A DNA stretch of 64,000 nucleotides from a virus. Lineage: Duplodnaviria > Caudoviricetes. Shown one piece after another: positions 17,065-26,864 of the stretch. The position numbers and the translations under genes were made by a program. The notes beneath the pieces are model-generated. The model did not search any database and had not been told where the DNA came from. It worked only from the letters and a program-made list of their open reading frames with translations. Location of the stretch: IMG/VR virus record IMGVR_UViG_3300019889_000014, positions 23-64,022 of that record; one strand, 5' to 3'. Position 1 is the stretch's first letter. Every line of letters begins with the position of its first letter.

Positions 17065-18039
17065 TTGGCCTCGACCCCGATCAAGGACACGGATCATTGG
17101 CTGACGCTCCGGGCCTGTCACCTGGGCGCCTCCGAAAGCCCGGCCCTGTTCGGCTGCGGGTTCACGACCAAGTTCACCCTGTGGCATCAGAAGGCAGGCA
17201 ACCTCCCACCCACTGATCTCAGCGACAACATCCGCGTTCTCTGCGGGCAGCACCTGGAAGACGGTGTTGCCCATATCCTTGCGAGCCTGCACGGCTGGGA
17301 GTTCGGCCGGCAGATCCGCAAGACCCGGCGCTACCTGACCAGCGACCGGGTCCCCTATCTCGGCGCCTCCCTCGACTACGAGGTCCGCCTGGATGGCGAG
17401 GATTGGGTTCCGCTCGAAACCAAGATCGTCGATTACCTGATCTTCCGCGACGAGTGGATCAAGGACGGTTCGCTGTCCTCAGATCGCGTGCTGACCAATG
17501 TCGAGCCGCCGCCCTCCTACGACCTCCAGGTCCAGCACCAGCTGGCCGTCACCGACGCGCCGCACGGCTATCTCGGCATCCTGGTCGGCGGCAACACGCC
17601 GTACCTGATCCGCCGGCCGCGGCACGACGGCATCATCGCCGCCATCGAGCAGGAGGCCATGGCCTTCAAGCTGTCGCTCGACGAGGGCCGCGAGCCGGCG
17701 CTGGTCGATGGCGACGACATCGAGGCGATCAAGGCGCTGTACGCCAAGGCCGAGCCGGGCGCGGTCGCCGACCTGTCGGCCGACAACGAGCTGCCGGAGA
17801 TGCTGGACAAGTACCTCCGGGCCAGCGCCGCCTCCAAGGAGGCCGAGGACATCTGCAACCTGTTGAAGGCGCAGATCCAACACAAGCTGGGCGACGCGAC
17901 GAGGGCCTATGCCACCGGGTTCAAGATCTCGTGGCCGGCCATCCGCATCGACGAAAAGTTGGTGCCGGCCAAGGTTCAGCCGGCCCGTGCCTATCGCGGG
18001 GGCCTGACGGTCACCCGCCTCAATCAGGAGGCTGCATGA
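17065..18039 (+). CDS. YqaJ-like (lambda exo family) exonuclease
   Basis: WL..R..LGASE, G..LE, ASLD, LETK, QVQHQLAV; TTG start after GGAGG. Confidence 0.88.
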   Translation: MASTPIKDTDHWLTLRACHLGASESPALFGCGFTTKFTLWHQKAGNLPPTDLSDNIRVLCGQHLEDGVAHILASLHGWEFGRQIRKTRRYLTSDRVPYLGASLDYEVRLDGEDWVPLETKIVDYLIFRDEWIKDGSLSSDRVLTNVEPPPSYDLQVQHQLAVTDAPHGYLGILVGGNTPYLIRRPRHDGIIAAIEQEAMAFKLSLDEGREPALVDGDDIEAIKALYAKAEPGAVADLSADNELPEMLDKYLRASAASKEAEDICNLLKAQIQHKLGDATRAYATGFKISWPAIRIDEKLVPAKVQPARAYRGGLTVTRLNQEAA

Positions 18040-19220
18040 ACACCGCCGTCGCACGCCAGGAGAGCCGCACGCTCCATCCCGTGGAGCGTTTCGAGCGCAA
18101 GCTGCAGTTGGCCAAGTCGCAGTTCCAGGCGGCCCTCCTCGGCTCCGAACTCGACCCGGAGCGGTTCATCCGGATTTCGCGGACCGCTGTCCAGCAGAAC
18201 CCGGAGATCCTGGAGTGCGAGGAGGCGTCGATCTTCGGCGCCTTCATGACCGCGGCCCAGCTGCATTTCGAGCCGGACCCGAACATCGCCCATGGCGACG
18301 TGATCGTCCGGAGGCGGAACGGCAAAAAGTATGCCGTCTGGCAGACCCGCTATGGCGGCTTCATCGAACTGGCCTGGCGCTCCGGCGAGTTGATGTCGCT
18401 GCAGGTCCATGTCGTCCATGAGAACGACAATTTCGAGCACGTCCAGGGCCTGAAAGAGGATCTGGTCCATGTGAAGGCCAAGGGCGACCGGGGCGAGTGG
18501 ACGCACGTCTACTGCATCGCGAAGTTCAAGTCCGGTGGCCACCACATCGAGGTCATGAGCAAGGCCGAGGTGCTCGCCATCCGCGACCAGTATTCCGAAG
18601 GCTGGAAGGCGTACAAGGCCAAGAAGATCCAGTCGACTCCCTGGTCGACCGCCGAGACCGAGCAGGCCAAGAAGACCGTGGTGCGCCGCGCCCGGAAATA
18701 CTGGCCGCGTTCGATCAAGGACAACCGCCGCATGATCCAGGCCGACCGGCTGCAGGCCGTCGTCGAGGCTGGCGGCCATGGCCAGATCGAGCACACCGGC
18801 GAGCTGATCTACAGCCTGCCGGATGAGGCCAGCCTGGAGGGTGACGAGCCGACGCGGTCGGAGCCCGAGGCCGAGCAGCAGGAGCCGGCGCAGAGCCGGT
18901 TGGACACCCTCGCCGCCAAGACCCAGGCGAAGAACCAGGCCAAGGCCGAGACCGTCGATCCCGAGACCGGCGAGATCACCGAAGGCGAGACCGGCGGCGA
19001 GGATCTGTTCGGCGGCGGGTTGAACGCCGATGCCTGCGATCGGGTCCGGACTGACTTCGTCAACCTGATCCAGAAGGTGAAGACGGTCGCGCAACTGCAG
19101 AGCGTGATGGAGGCCGACGACAACGTCGACCTGCTGCACCAGCTGCAGGCGGCATCGCCGAGGGATTTCGCCACGGTGATGAAGGCTGTCGATGAGCGGC
19201 GGGCTGCCTTCGCCAAGTGA
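18036..19220 (+). CDS. recT: RecT-family ssDNA annealing protein
   Basis: PERFIR, SIFGAFMTAAQL, YGGFIELAWRSG, KKTVVRRARKYWP. Confidence 0.85.
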   Translation: MNTAVARQESRTLHPVERFERKLQLAKSQFQAALLGSELDPERFIRISRTAVQQNPEILECEEASIFGAFMTAAQLHFEPDPNIAHGDVIVRRRNGKKYAVWQTRYGGFIELAWRSGELMSLQVHVVHENDNFEHVQGLKEDLVHVKAKGDRGEWTHVYCIAKFKSGGHHIEVMSKAEVLAIRDQYSEGWKAYKAKKIQSTPWSTAETEQAKKTVVRRARKYWPRSIKDNRRMIQADRLQAVVEAGGHGQIEHTGELIYSLPDEASLEGDEPTRSEPEAEQQEPAQSRLDTLAAKTQAKNQAKAETVDPETGEITEGETGGEDLFGGGLNADACDRVRTDFVNLIQKVKTVAQLQSVMEADDNVDLLHQLQAASPRDFATVMKAVDERRAAFAK

Positions 19221-19339
19221 CGTACCGGCCCCGCTCGGGAGGAAGTTCCCTTCCGCAGCCACCAGAGCGGGAACGCATGTAAGTCCTCCCCCGGTGAAGG
19301 CCGGCGAGCCGGGGGAGGCGCTATCGCCAGGAGTGCGCG

Positions 19340-19711
19340 ATGGGACGACGGTTCGACGACATCAAGGTTGGGGACCAGCTGGTCGCGAGGCGCCGAGCCG
19401 AGCCGGCGCGTGGGCTGCCGTGCCTCCATTACCTGGTGACCGACCTCTGGTACGACCCGGTGCGGGGCCAGCAGCGCCGGTCCTCCGGCGAGATGGTCGC
19501 CATCCAGACGATCTGGTGGGACGGCACCCTGCGCGGGTCGAAATACGCCCACACGATCCGGGGCCTGGCCCAGGCCGGGCTCCAATTCGCTGACACCGAT
19601 TTCCAGGGCAACGCCCAGGCGCTGACCGAGGCCCTTCACGACGGCTCGGTCATCAGCCTCGGCGCAGCCCGGCGCCGCAAGCACCCGGCGCCCTGGACCA
19701 AGTCTCTCTGA
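19340..19711 (+). CDS. hypothetical protein
   Basis: AGGAG RBS. Confidence 0.6.
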   Translation: MGRRFDDIKVGDQLVARRRAEPARGLPCLHYLVTDLWYDPVRGQQRRSSGEMVAIQTIWWDGTLRGSKYAHTIRGLAQAGLQFADTDFQGNAQALTEALHDGSVISLGAARRRKHPAPWTKSL

Positions 19712-19726
19712 CCATAGGAGCACACC

Positions 19727-19918
19727 ATGGGTGAGATCGCGGATGCCATGCTGAACGGCGTGATGTGTGCGAGCTGCGGCGAGTTGTTCGGCGATGTTCT
19801 CGACGACGGATTCGAGGAGCCCGGATACCCGCGCTACTGCGACGGATGCGAGCCCCCAGGATACCCGCGCAACTCGGACGCCGACGAGCCGCCGAAGCGG
19901 CGCCGGGCGAAGAAGTAG
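19727..19918 (+). CDS. small Cys-rich phage protein
   Basis: MGEIADAMLNG..C..CG...GYPRYC..C. Confidence 0.65.
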   Translation: MGEIADAMLNGVMCASCGELFGDVLDDGFEEPGYPRYCDGCEPPGYPRNSDADEPPKRRRAKK

Positions 19919-19927
19919 GAGGCCGAC

Positions 19928-20167
19928 ATGGACCGCACCCCGAACGCTGAGCGCGTCCGCGCCGGCTGCGCCAGCCTGATGGAGCATTTCACCGCCGAGA
20001 TTCTGAGCGAGCGGCTGACCGACGCCGAAGTTCTCGGCTGCGCAGCGACGGTTCTCGGCATCCTGCTGGCGCACACCGACCTGGAGAATCGCGCCGCCGC
20101 CCGCAAGATGGCCGTCGAGGTCATCGACACCGTCATCAACAGCCGGGATCGGCCGAGGGCGGCATGA
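19928..20167 (+). CDS. hypothetical protein
   Basis: GGAGG RBS. Confidence 0.6.
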   Translation: MDRTPNAERVRAGCASLMEHFTAEILSERLTDAEVLGCAATVLGILLAHTDLENRAAARKMAVEVIDTVINSRDRPRAA

Positions 20168-20243
20168 GGGACGCCGGCAATGTCATCGCCCTGACAGTGC
20201 TGTTCGCGGCCGGCATCGCCCTCGTCCTGTTGGCGCTCAGCCT

Positions 20244-20801
20244 ATGATCAGCACTCACGAAGGCCGCTCCTACACCGTCCGGAGCGAACTGGTCGACGGC
20301 AAGCACCGGGTCGGCTTCTACATGCGCTGCGCCTCCTGCGGCCGGGAGGAGGTGATGCACGCGGACCCGAACTCCCCGCCCGACATCATCGTCAAGAAGT
20401 TCGTCACCAAGGGCTGGCTGGCCAATGTCAGGAACGAGAAGGGCTGCTTCTGCCCGGAGTGCCTGGCGAAGCCGGCGAAGGAGAAACCCGAAGTGCCGGT
20501 GAAAGCGGAGATGCCGCGAGGCCCGACGCACGACCAGTTGAAGCGGATCGCGGAGCATCTGCGCGGGGTCTTCAACGCCGACGACGGCTACTACTTCGAC
20601 GAGCTGAACGACCACAAGGCGGCCGACCAGCTGGGGGTGCCGTGGGGCTGGGTCCGCCAGGTGCGTGAACTGCTCGGCTTCGAGATCAGGGTCGACCCCG
20701 AGATCAAGGCATTGCGGGACGACCTGGCCGCCCTCGCCGAGATGATGCTGACCCTGGAGAAGAAGCTGGACGGTGTCGAAAAGAGGAGGCTCGCATCTTG
20801 A
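20244..20801 (+). CDS. Zn-ribbon-containing hypothetical protein
   Basis: CASC...CPEC plus C-terminal HTH-like region. Confidence 0.65.
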   Translation: MISTHEGRSYTVRSELVDGKHRVGFYMRCASCGREEVMHADPNSPPDIIVKKFVTKGWLANVRNEKGCFCPECLAKPAKEKPEVPVKAEMPRGPTHDQLKRIAEHLRGVFNADDGYYFDELNDHKAADQLGVPWGWVRQVRELLGFEIRVDPEIKALRDDLAALAEMMLTLEKKLDGVEKRRLAS

Positions 20802-20969
20802 TGGGCAATCGAGGCACACGCGGGGGCACGGAGTACGACGTGTTCCACCGCTACAGCCGGTCTCTCTACCACTGGAACCCCGGCACGATCCGCTGGCTCA
20901 AGCGCCAGTTCTGGAAACGGCAGCGGCGCAACAGCCGCCGGACGCTCTCGACCACGGGAGACGCATGAC

Positions 20970-21179
20970 ATGCCCGACGACGAACAGGCCGTGATCGAGG
21001 CCCTTGCCGAAGCCTGGGCATCCATCGACGGGCGAGCGGTGAAGTTCAGGCAGGGCAAGACTGACCAGGCCGTCGAAGACGAGTTCGGCCACTACCAGGG
21101 TTACATGGCCGAAGCTGCCGAATTGATCCGGCGCCTGGAGAAGCGGGGATACACGATTCGAGCCATTGGAGGCGAGTGA
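20970..21179 (+). CDS. hypothetical protein
   Basis: Packed ORF. Confidence 0.5.
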   Translation: MPDDEQAVIEALAEAWASIDGRAVKFRQGKTDQAVEDEFGHYQGYMAEAAELIRRLEKRGYTIRAIGGE

Positions 21180-21568
21180 TGCGCAACCTGCACTTCCTCA
21201 ACCGCTACCGCGACACCAGCGGCCAGGTGCTCCAGATCTGGGACGGTGTCGGCGACCACAGCTGCGGCCTGTTCTTCGTGCCGTCGCCGATCGACGGCGC
21301 GCTGCTGAAAGTCCTCGCCACTGCCGACGGGGGCTGGGATCACGTCTCGGTCAGCCGGCCGACCCGGTGCCCGAACTGGCCGGAGATGGAGCAGGTCAAG
21401 CGGATGTTTTTCCGCGACGACGAGGTCGCCATGCAGCTGCATGTCCCGGTCGCCGACCACATCAACCACCACCCCTACTGCCTGCACCTCTGGCGGCCCC
21501 ACTGGGACTCAATCCCCCGGCCGCCCGCCAGCATGGTCGGGCCCAGCGCCGAGGAGGCTGCGCAATGA
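21176..21568 (+). CDS. conserved phage protein (WDHVSVS motif)
   Basis: GWDHVSVS..RCPNW.EM..VK..FF...H...CLHLW. Confidence 0.75.
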   Translation: MMRNLHFLNRYRDTSGQVLQIWDGVGDHSCGLFFVPSPIDGALLKVLATADGGWDHVSVSRPTRCPNWPEMEQVKRMFFRDDEVAMQLHVPVADHINHHPYCLHLWRPHWDSIPRPPASMVGPSAEEAAQ

Positions 21569-21861
21569 GCATTGTCGATCAGAAGCGTTTCGAGGCGGTG
21601 ATGGACGGCCTGTTCATCGAGATGGTCGACACCATCGAGATCATCCACACGCAGGATCTGCCGATCACAGCTCGAGCTGCGATGGCGACGCATCTGGCCT
21701 CCAACCTGGTGGCCTATGCCACGACCGCGCTGATGGCGGCGGGCTTCTGTGGGTCGTCCAACCAGGCGACCGCACACGTCTGCATGCAGATCGCGGAAAT
21801 GGTCTGCCGGAGCGCCGAGGCGGCCGAGGCCGAGGAGCAGGAGGAGACCAGTGTCCACTGA
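21565..21861 (+). CDS. hypothetical protein
   Basis: ATGA overlap, GGAGG RBS. Confidence 0.55.
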   Translation: MSIVDQKRFEAVMDGLFIEMVDTIEIIHTQDLPITARAAMATHLASNLVAYATTALMAAGFCGSSNQATAHVCMQIAEMVCRSAEAAEAEEQEETSVH

Positions 21862-22090
21862 CGAAGCCATCGTGGAGGAACCGTCGTTGGATGAACTCGC
21901 CGCCGCTGCGATGTCGGGCCAGCCGGCCGAGTGCCGCAGTGTCGTCGCCAGGCTCGGCGGTGGGCGCATCCTGATCGTCTTGCGCCTCCAAGAGGAGGGG
22001 CCGCCGGCCGCGCTGCTGGTGGATGCGGGCCGGGCACGGTTCGTGTCCAAGGCCATCGCCGCGCTGCTGGGGCCGGAGGACGAGGCATGA
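21851..22090 (+). CDS. hypothetical protein
   Basis: GGAG RBS, GTG start. Confidence 0.45.
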   Translation: MSTDEAIVEEPSLDELAAAAMSGQPAECRSVVARLGGGRILIVLRLQEEGPPAALLVDAGRARFVSKAIAALLGPEDEA

Positions 22091-22281
22091 CCGAGCCCAT
22101 GTTCGACGACGACGCCATCCGGCTGGCGACGGAGCGCGCCTGCGGTGCGTTCCACCGCGCCTGGATCGACATGGACCAGGATGCCCGCGAGATCGCCCGG
22201 CAGCACATGCGACCGCGCATCCTCGCCGCCGTCGTCGTGTTCGAGGAGGTCGTTCGCCGGAAGCTGGAGGAAAGTCGATGA
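22087..22281 (+). CDS. hypothetical protein
   Basis: ATGA overlap. Confidence 0.5.
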   Translation: MTEPMFDDDAIRLATERACGAFHRAWIDMDQDAREIARQHMRPRILAAVVVFEEVVRRKLEESR

Positions 22282-22565
22282 TGAACCCTGACAGGATCGA
22301 GGAAGCCGTTGGCGGCGTGTACCAGCTGTCGGACGGCAAGCACTACTTCGTGGAGGGTGCCATGGCGAAGGCGATCACCCGCCGGGTGATGATGACCCTG
22401 CCCGAGATCGATGCCGAGGTTGTCCGGCTGCGGCACACGCTGCTGGCCATCAACAAGGAGATCGACAGCCTGGCCGGTGAGCGGTTCGCCCCGCGCGTCA
22501 TCAGCGCGCTCGCCCGGATCAAGCAGACGAGCCTCAACGCGCTCGGCATCGGGTACGAGGGGTGA
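22278..22565 (+). CDS. hypothetical protein
   Basis: ATGA overlap. Confidence 0.5.
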   Translation: MMNPDRIEEAVGGVYQLSDGKHYFVEGAMAKAITRRVMMTLPEIDAEVVRLRHTLLAINKEIDSLAGERFAPRVISALARIKQTSLNALGIGYEG

Positions 22566-23134
22566 CCTCCGCCTATCCCCTGGTCTGGCCGGACGGCTTC
22601 CCGCGCTCGGCGCAGCGCGAGAAGGGCGGGTTCAAGACCACGCTGCCCAAGGCGTTGGACAACGTCCACCACTCGCTGAGCCTGTTCGGCCATGACTCGG
22701 GCAAGGCGGTGACCAACGTCGTCCTGTCGAGCAACGTGACGCTCGGCGCCTACCGGCCGGCTGACCCCGGCGTCGCCGCCTGGTTCTCGTGGGAGGGCCA
22801 GCAGATCTGCATCCCGGTCGACCGCTATACCACCGTCGAAAGCAACCTCCAGGCCATCCACCACGTGCTGGAGGCCCGGCGGGTCGAGCTGCGGCACGGC
22901 ACCCTCGCCCTCGTCCGCGCCACGTTCCGGGGCTTCGCAGCGCTGCCGGCGCCGACGCCGCGCCGGCCCTGGCCCGACGTGCTGCGGGTGCCGGTCGGAT
23001 CGTCCCGCGAGCAGATCGAGGCCGCGTTCCGGTCCCTGGCGAAAACTGCACACCCCGATGTCGGCGGGTCGACCGACAAGCTGACCGAACTCACACGCGC
23101 CCGAGACGAGGCGCTGCAGGAGGGAAACGCATGA
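22562..23134 (+). CDS. phage protein with C-terminal J-domain
   Basis: AYPLVWP.G N-terminus; IEAAFRSLAKTAHPDVGG (HPD motif). Confidence 0.8.
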   Translation: MTSAYPLVWPDGFPRSAQREKGGFKTTLPKALDNVHHSLSLFGHDSGKAVTNVVLSSNVTLGAYRPADPGVAAWFSWEGQQICIPVDRYTTVESNLQAIHHVLEARRVELRHGTLALVRATFRGFAALPAPTPRRPWPDVLRVPVGSSREQIEAAFRSLAKTAHPDVGGSTDKLTELTRARDEALQEGNA

Positions 23135-23376
23135 CCATCAGGTACGTGCCAGGACGCGGGATCACGGTGGGCACCACCCCGGAGATGACGTTCCAGTCCG
23201 AGGACGGCACCACGCACACCCTTGCCGTGGGCGAGTTCGCCGACATCATCCACCAGGGCCGGAACCTCCGCATCCACTACACGGCGGGTGGCGTCAAGGT
23301 CGAGGAGATCAACCCGAAGGAGGCCGAGTTGAAGCGCACGGCCGCCGCCGTCGCCAAGGTTATGGGGTGGAAGTGA
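23131..23376 (+). CDS. hypothetical protein
   Basis: ATGA overlap. Confidence 0.5.
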   Translation: MTIRYVPGRGITVGTTPEMTFQSEDGTTHTLAVGEFADIIHQGRNLRIHYTAGGVKVEEINPKEAELKRTAAAVAKVMGWK

Positions 23377-24008
23377 CCGACCGCCCCATCACCTTCACGG
23401 CAGAGAACGTCGCTGCCATGCTGGCCGACAGGAAGACGCAGACCCGTCGGTTGGCCTGGCGAGCGATGCCGCGCCTGGTCTCGGCCCAAGGTGCAACCAT
23501 CTGGCAGCGCGTCCGCGTTGGCGACCGATTCTGGGTGCGGGAGCCGTTCTATACCGACGCCTGCCATCTGCTCTATAGGGCGGACTCGACGATCTTCGGC
23601 GACGAAGAGACCAGCGAACCCGCCGCCGATCTGTGGTTCAAGGCCATCGGGCCGGGCTCCCCGACCCGACCCGCCAGATGGCTGCCGAAATGGGCGAGCC
23701 GGTTGATCCTGCCCGTGACCGCCGTCCGGCGCGTCCCGCTCCAGGACATCACCGACGAGGACGCCATCGCCGAGAGTGTGCTGCAGGGCAACCTCGAAGG
23801 TCGAACCGTCTACGCCCACTTCGGCGCCTGGATGATCGACGACAAGGGCGTCTTGCATGTCCGTCTGTCCGCCGTCGCCGACACGCCGCGCCTGGCATAC
23901 TCGAAGCTCTGGAACGAGCTGCACGGGCCGGGCGCCTGGGATCGCAATCCCGAGGTGATGGCGTTCACCTTCACCGTGCAACAGCAGAAGATCGCGGAGG
24001 CAGCATGA
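23373..24008 (+). CDS. ASCH/PUA-like phage protein
   Basis: RPITF...KTQTRR..GDRFWVRE..ASRL...LQDITDEDA..E..W..NP.V. Confidence 0.75.
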   Translation: MTDRPITFTAENVAAMLADRKTQTRRLAWRAMPRLVSAQGATIWQRVRVGDRFWVREPFYTDACHLLYRADSTIFGDEETSEPAADLWFKAIGPGSPTRPARWLPKWASRLILPVTAVRRVPLQDITDEDAIAESVLQGNLEGRTVYAHFGAWMIDDKGVLHVRLSAVADTPRLAYSKLWNELHGPGAWDRNPEVMAFTFTVQQQKIAEAA

Positions 24009-24439
24009 GTTACGTGAGTTACGTCAGGGATGTGGTGGCGGTCGTCAGGCGTCTGGCCGAGGCCAACAAGGTCGAGGCGCCTCTCAACGCCACGGTCGAC
24101 CGGGACCTTCTGGATGTCGTGCTGGCAGCGGCCGAGCGCGCCGAGAAGGCCGAGGAGGAGGCCGAAGCCTGGCACCAGGAGGCCACCAACATGACGCACG
24201 TGGCCTTCGTCGATGCCGGCGCCAACTCGCCGGTGACGTGGCGGGATCGCGCCGAGGAGATCGAGGGTCTGGCCATGGGGCAAGCGTACCAGATCGTCGG
24301 CGCTCTCCTGGCGACGCGGGACGACCCGTCGCGCTGGCCGAGCGAGGCCGAGGAGGAGCGGGTGCTGAACTACCTGTCGGAAGGCAAGTACGACGACGCG
24401 TTCCTGCCGTGGCCGCGCGAGTTGAGGATCGACCAATGA
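24005..24439 (+). CDS. hypothetical protein
   Basis: ATGA overlap. Confidence 0.55.
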   Translation: MSYVSYVRDVVAVVRRLAEANKVEAPLNATVDRDLLDVVLAAAERAEKAEEEAEAWHQEATNMTHVAFVDAGANSPVTWRDRAEEIEGLAMGQAYQIVGALLATRDDPSRWPSEAEEERVLNYLSEGKYDDAFLPWPRELRIDQ

Positions 24440-24642
24440 CCGACGATCAGGAGCAGCCGGGCTTTCACTATTTCCAGTGTCCCGACTGCGGCTTCGACAG
24501 CGTCCAGCCGGCGGACTATGACGGCACCGTCATGTGCCCGCTGTGCGCCAGCGACAGCTACCACAAGGTCGGCATGACCCGCCGCGTGGCGCGGGCTTCC
24601 GACAAACCCGAAGGCCGGGACGCGCGGGAGGAAGCGCCGTGA
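24436..24642 (+). CDS. small Zn-ribbon protein
   Basis: CPDCG...CPLC. Confidence 0.55.
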   Translation: MTDDQEQPGFHYFQCPDCGFDSVQPADYDGTVMCPLCASDSYHKVGMTRRVARASDKPEGRDAREEAP

Positions 24643-25142
24643 ACCGCTCGGCGCGCCCGTTGATCGAACGGTGCTTCGTCCCTGCCCTGTTCGGCCGGGT
24701 CTGCTGGGAGCTTGCCCAAGACCCGGCCAGCAGGAACGACGACGCGAAGGGGTTCCGCACGCTGTTCGGCGACGCGGTCCGCTACGAGCTGCGGGGCATG
24801 TCGAGCGCCGAGCATGAACAACTCTGGCACCAGGTGCGCCGGGTGGTTCATGACGTGCTGCTGCCCCACAGCGGCCGGTCGCTCGCGACGACGTACCGCG
24901 CCGCCATGATGCTGACGCACGGTCTGATTGAGGATGGAGCCTGGTCGGTGCCCGAGGGTGGCCCGTTCGCCGACACCTATGAACACCTGCTGGCTGTGGT
25001 CTACGAGTCCCGCGAGGAGAACGGCGAGATGCTGTTGGCCGTCAAGCGCTCCGCTGAGCGCATGGCCCGCACCATCCGCCGCGACCTGGAGCGACGCGGG
25101 TACTTCGCGGCCCGGCGAGCGAAGATGGAGGAGTCGGCATGA
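24639..25142 (+). CDS. hypothetical protein
   Basis: GTGA overlap. Confidence 0.5.
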   Translation: MNRSARPLIERCFVPALFGRVCWELAQDPASRNDDAKGFRTLFGDAVRYELRGMSSAEHEQLWHQVRRVVHDVLLPHSGRSLATTYRAAMMLTHGLIEDGAWSVPEGGPFADTYEHLLAVVYESREENGEMLLAVKRSAERMARTIRRDLERRGYFAARRAKMEESA

Positions 25143-25432
25143 CCGGACTCTCGACCTTGTTCCTGCTCGGCATCCAATATGGCGGCGCGGCCATCGTCCC
25201 GTTGGAGACGGTTCGGAAAGATTATTTCCCGCATTTGTCGATGGAAAAATTGATCTGGAAATCCAATCGAGGCGAGTTCGATCTGCCGATTGTGTACCTT
25301 GAGAGAAGCGCCAAGACCGCCAAGGGCGTCGCGCTGCAAGACCTCGCCTTCTACCTCGACCGCCAGCGAGACGCCGCCCTGAGCGAATATGAGAAGCTCC
25401 ACGGCCAGCCGTTCGACGCCACCCCCCGCTGA
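25139..25432 (+). CDS. PrtN-family DNA-binding protein, likely excisionase
   Basis: TLFLL..QY...VPLE.V..DYF.HL...SAK..KGV...DLA.YLD; adjacent to attP/int. Confidence 0.8.
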   Translation: MTGLSTLFLLGIQYGGAAIVPLETVRKDYFPHLSMEKLIWKSNRGEFDLPIVYLERSAKTAKGVALQDLAFYLDRQRDAALSEYEKLHGQPFDATPR

Positions 25433-25465
25433 TCCTCCCTAATCCTCCGTTCCCGGCAGCCTCTC

Positions 25466-25715
25466 GCTACATTTTTGCTACATGCTCCAGAAGCAGGCGC
25501 TGAAACCCCAGGTTCAGCGCCATTTTTTTGATCCGCCCCACCAGTCCATCATAGGTGCTGCGCACAACCTGTACCCCGCAGATTTGGCCGATTTCTGCGC
25601 TTTTCCACTTGGCCTCGACATCAAACAACCCTCGTTTGTACCCTATTTGGGTCCTATTCCTTGCCATTCGCCGAGCCATTTGCTACATTTTTTGCTACAC
25701 GAAATCCGTGTAGCA
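25466..25715. mobile_element. attP of dusA-associated integrase (core about 25541-25558, GCTACA arm repeats)
   Basis: Core reverse complement GCACCTATGATGGACTGG encodes APMMDW; GCTACA tandem pairs at 25466-25482 and 25681-25699, inverted copy 25709-25715. Confidence 0.8.
25514..25621 (-). pseudogene. dusA: replacement 5-prime end of dusA
   Basis: MSRPSGKAQKSAKSAGYRLCAAPMMDW then diverges; GAGG RBS. Confidence 0.75.
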
Positions 25716-25736
25716 ATAGGACCGAAACGGACCCAA

Positions 25737-26864
25737 ATGGCATCAATCATGAAACGCAAGCGCAAGGATGGCACCTGGGCTTACCGGGCGCAAATCCGCA
25801 TCATGGTGGACGGGACCGCCGTCTATCAGGAGACCAAGACCTTCGACCGGCAGGCCGCAGCCGTGGGCTGGGCCGACAAACGTGAGGAGGAGCTATCCAA
25901 GCCGGGCGCTTTGGACGAGCAGGAGAAGCGGACCGACCGGACCCTGGCCGAGATCATCAACCAGTACATCACCGATGTCGGCGCCGTGAAGCCGCTGGGC
26001 AAGACGAAGACCCGGTCGCTGAACGCGATCGGCCGCTCTTGGCTGGGCGCCCGCCACGCCTCCACCCTCACGTCGCAGGATTATGTCGACTACGCCAGCC
26101 GCCGCATCAAGGAGGATGGCATCGAGCCGCAGACTGTCGGGAACGACATCTCCTTCATCGGGTCCGTGGTCGGTGTCGCCGAGCCCGCCTGGAAAGATCC
26201 GCTCAGCCATGAGGAGTTGGCCAAGGCCAAGCGGGTGATGAAGAAGATGGGCCTGATCCGCCGCAGCCGGCAGCGCACGCGCCGCCCGACTCTGGAGGAG
26301 CTGGATCTGATCCTGAAGTTCTTCATGGAGCGGCGCAAACCCCGGTCGAACGGGGTGCATATGCCGAAGGTCGTCGTGTTCGCCCTGTTCTCGACGCGCC
26401 GGCTGGGCGAGATCTGCCGCATCACCTGGCCGGATCTGATCCCGGAACGTCAGTCGGTCATCGTCCGCGACATGAAGAATCCGGGCGAGAAGGAGGGCAA
26501 TGACGTGGAGTGCTATTTCCCCGACGAGGCTTGGCGCATCGTGCAGAGCATGGAGCGGCGGGAGGGCGATGACCGCATCTTCCCGTTCCACGAGGACACT
26601 ATCGGACGGGCGTTTACCGATGTTGTCGCGATGTGCGGGATCGAAGACCTCCACTTCCACGATCTCCGGCATGAGGGGGTCAGCCGGCTATTCGAGATGG
26701 ACTGGGATATCCCGCGAGTCTCCAGCGTGTCGGGGCACCGCGATTGGAGTTCGTTGAAGCGCTACACGCACTTGCGCGGCAGAGGCGACAAGTTCACGGG
26801 CTGGCCCTGGTTGGCGAGGGTTCTGGGCAGCAACGTCTTGCCATTCCGAGCCGCTGTCGGCTAG
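25737..26864 (+). CDS. int: tyrosine integrase (dusA-associated family)
   Basis: STRRLGEI, DMKNPG, HFHDLRH, SGH, LKRYTH catalytic motifs. Confidence 0.92.
   Translation: MASIMKRKRKDGTWAYRAQIRIMVDGTAVYQETKTFDRQAAAVGWADKREEELSKPGALDEQEKRTDRTLAEIINQYITDVGAVKPLGKTKTRSLNAIGRSWLGARHASTLTSQDYVDYASRRIKEDGIEPQTVGNDISFIGSVVGVAEPAWKDPLSHEELAKAKRVMKKMGLIRRSRQRTRRPTLEELDLILKFFMERRKPRSNGVHMPKVVVFALFSTRRLGEICRITWPDLIPERQSVIVRDMKNPGEKEGNDVECYFPDEAWRIVQSMERREGDDRIFPFHEDTIGRAFTDVVAMCGIEDLHFHDLRHEGVSRLFEMDWDIPRVSSVSGHRDWSSLKRYTHLRGRGDKFTGWPWLARVLGSNVLPFRAAVG

Noticed and set aside
25482-25736. 85-aa N-terminal extension of the integrase in the ORF track
   Set aside because: Runs through attP; family-like sequence starts at MASIMKRK (25737)
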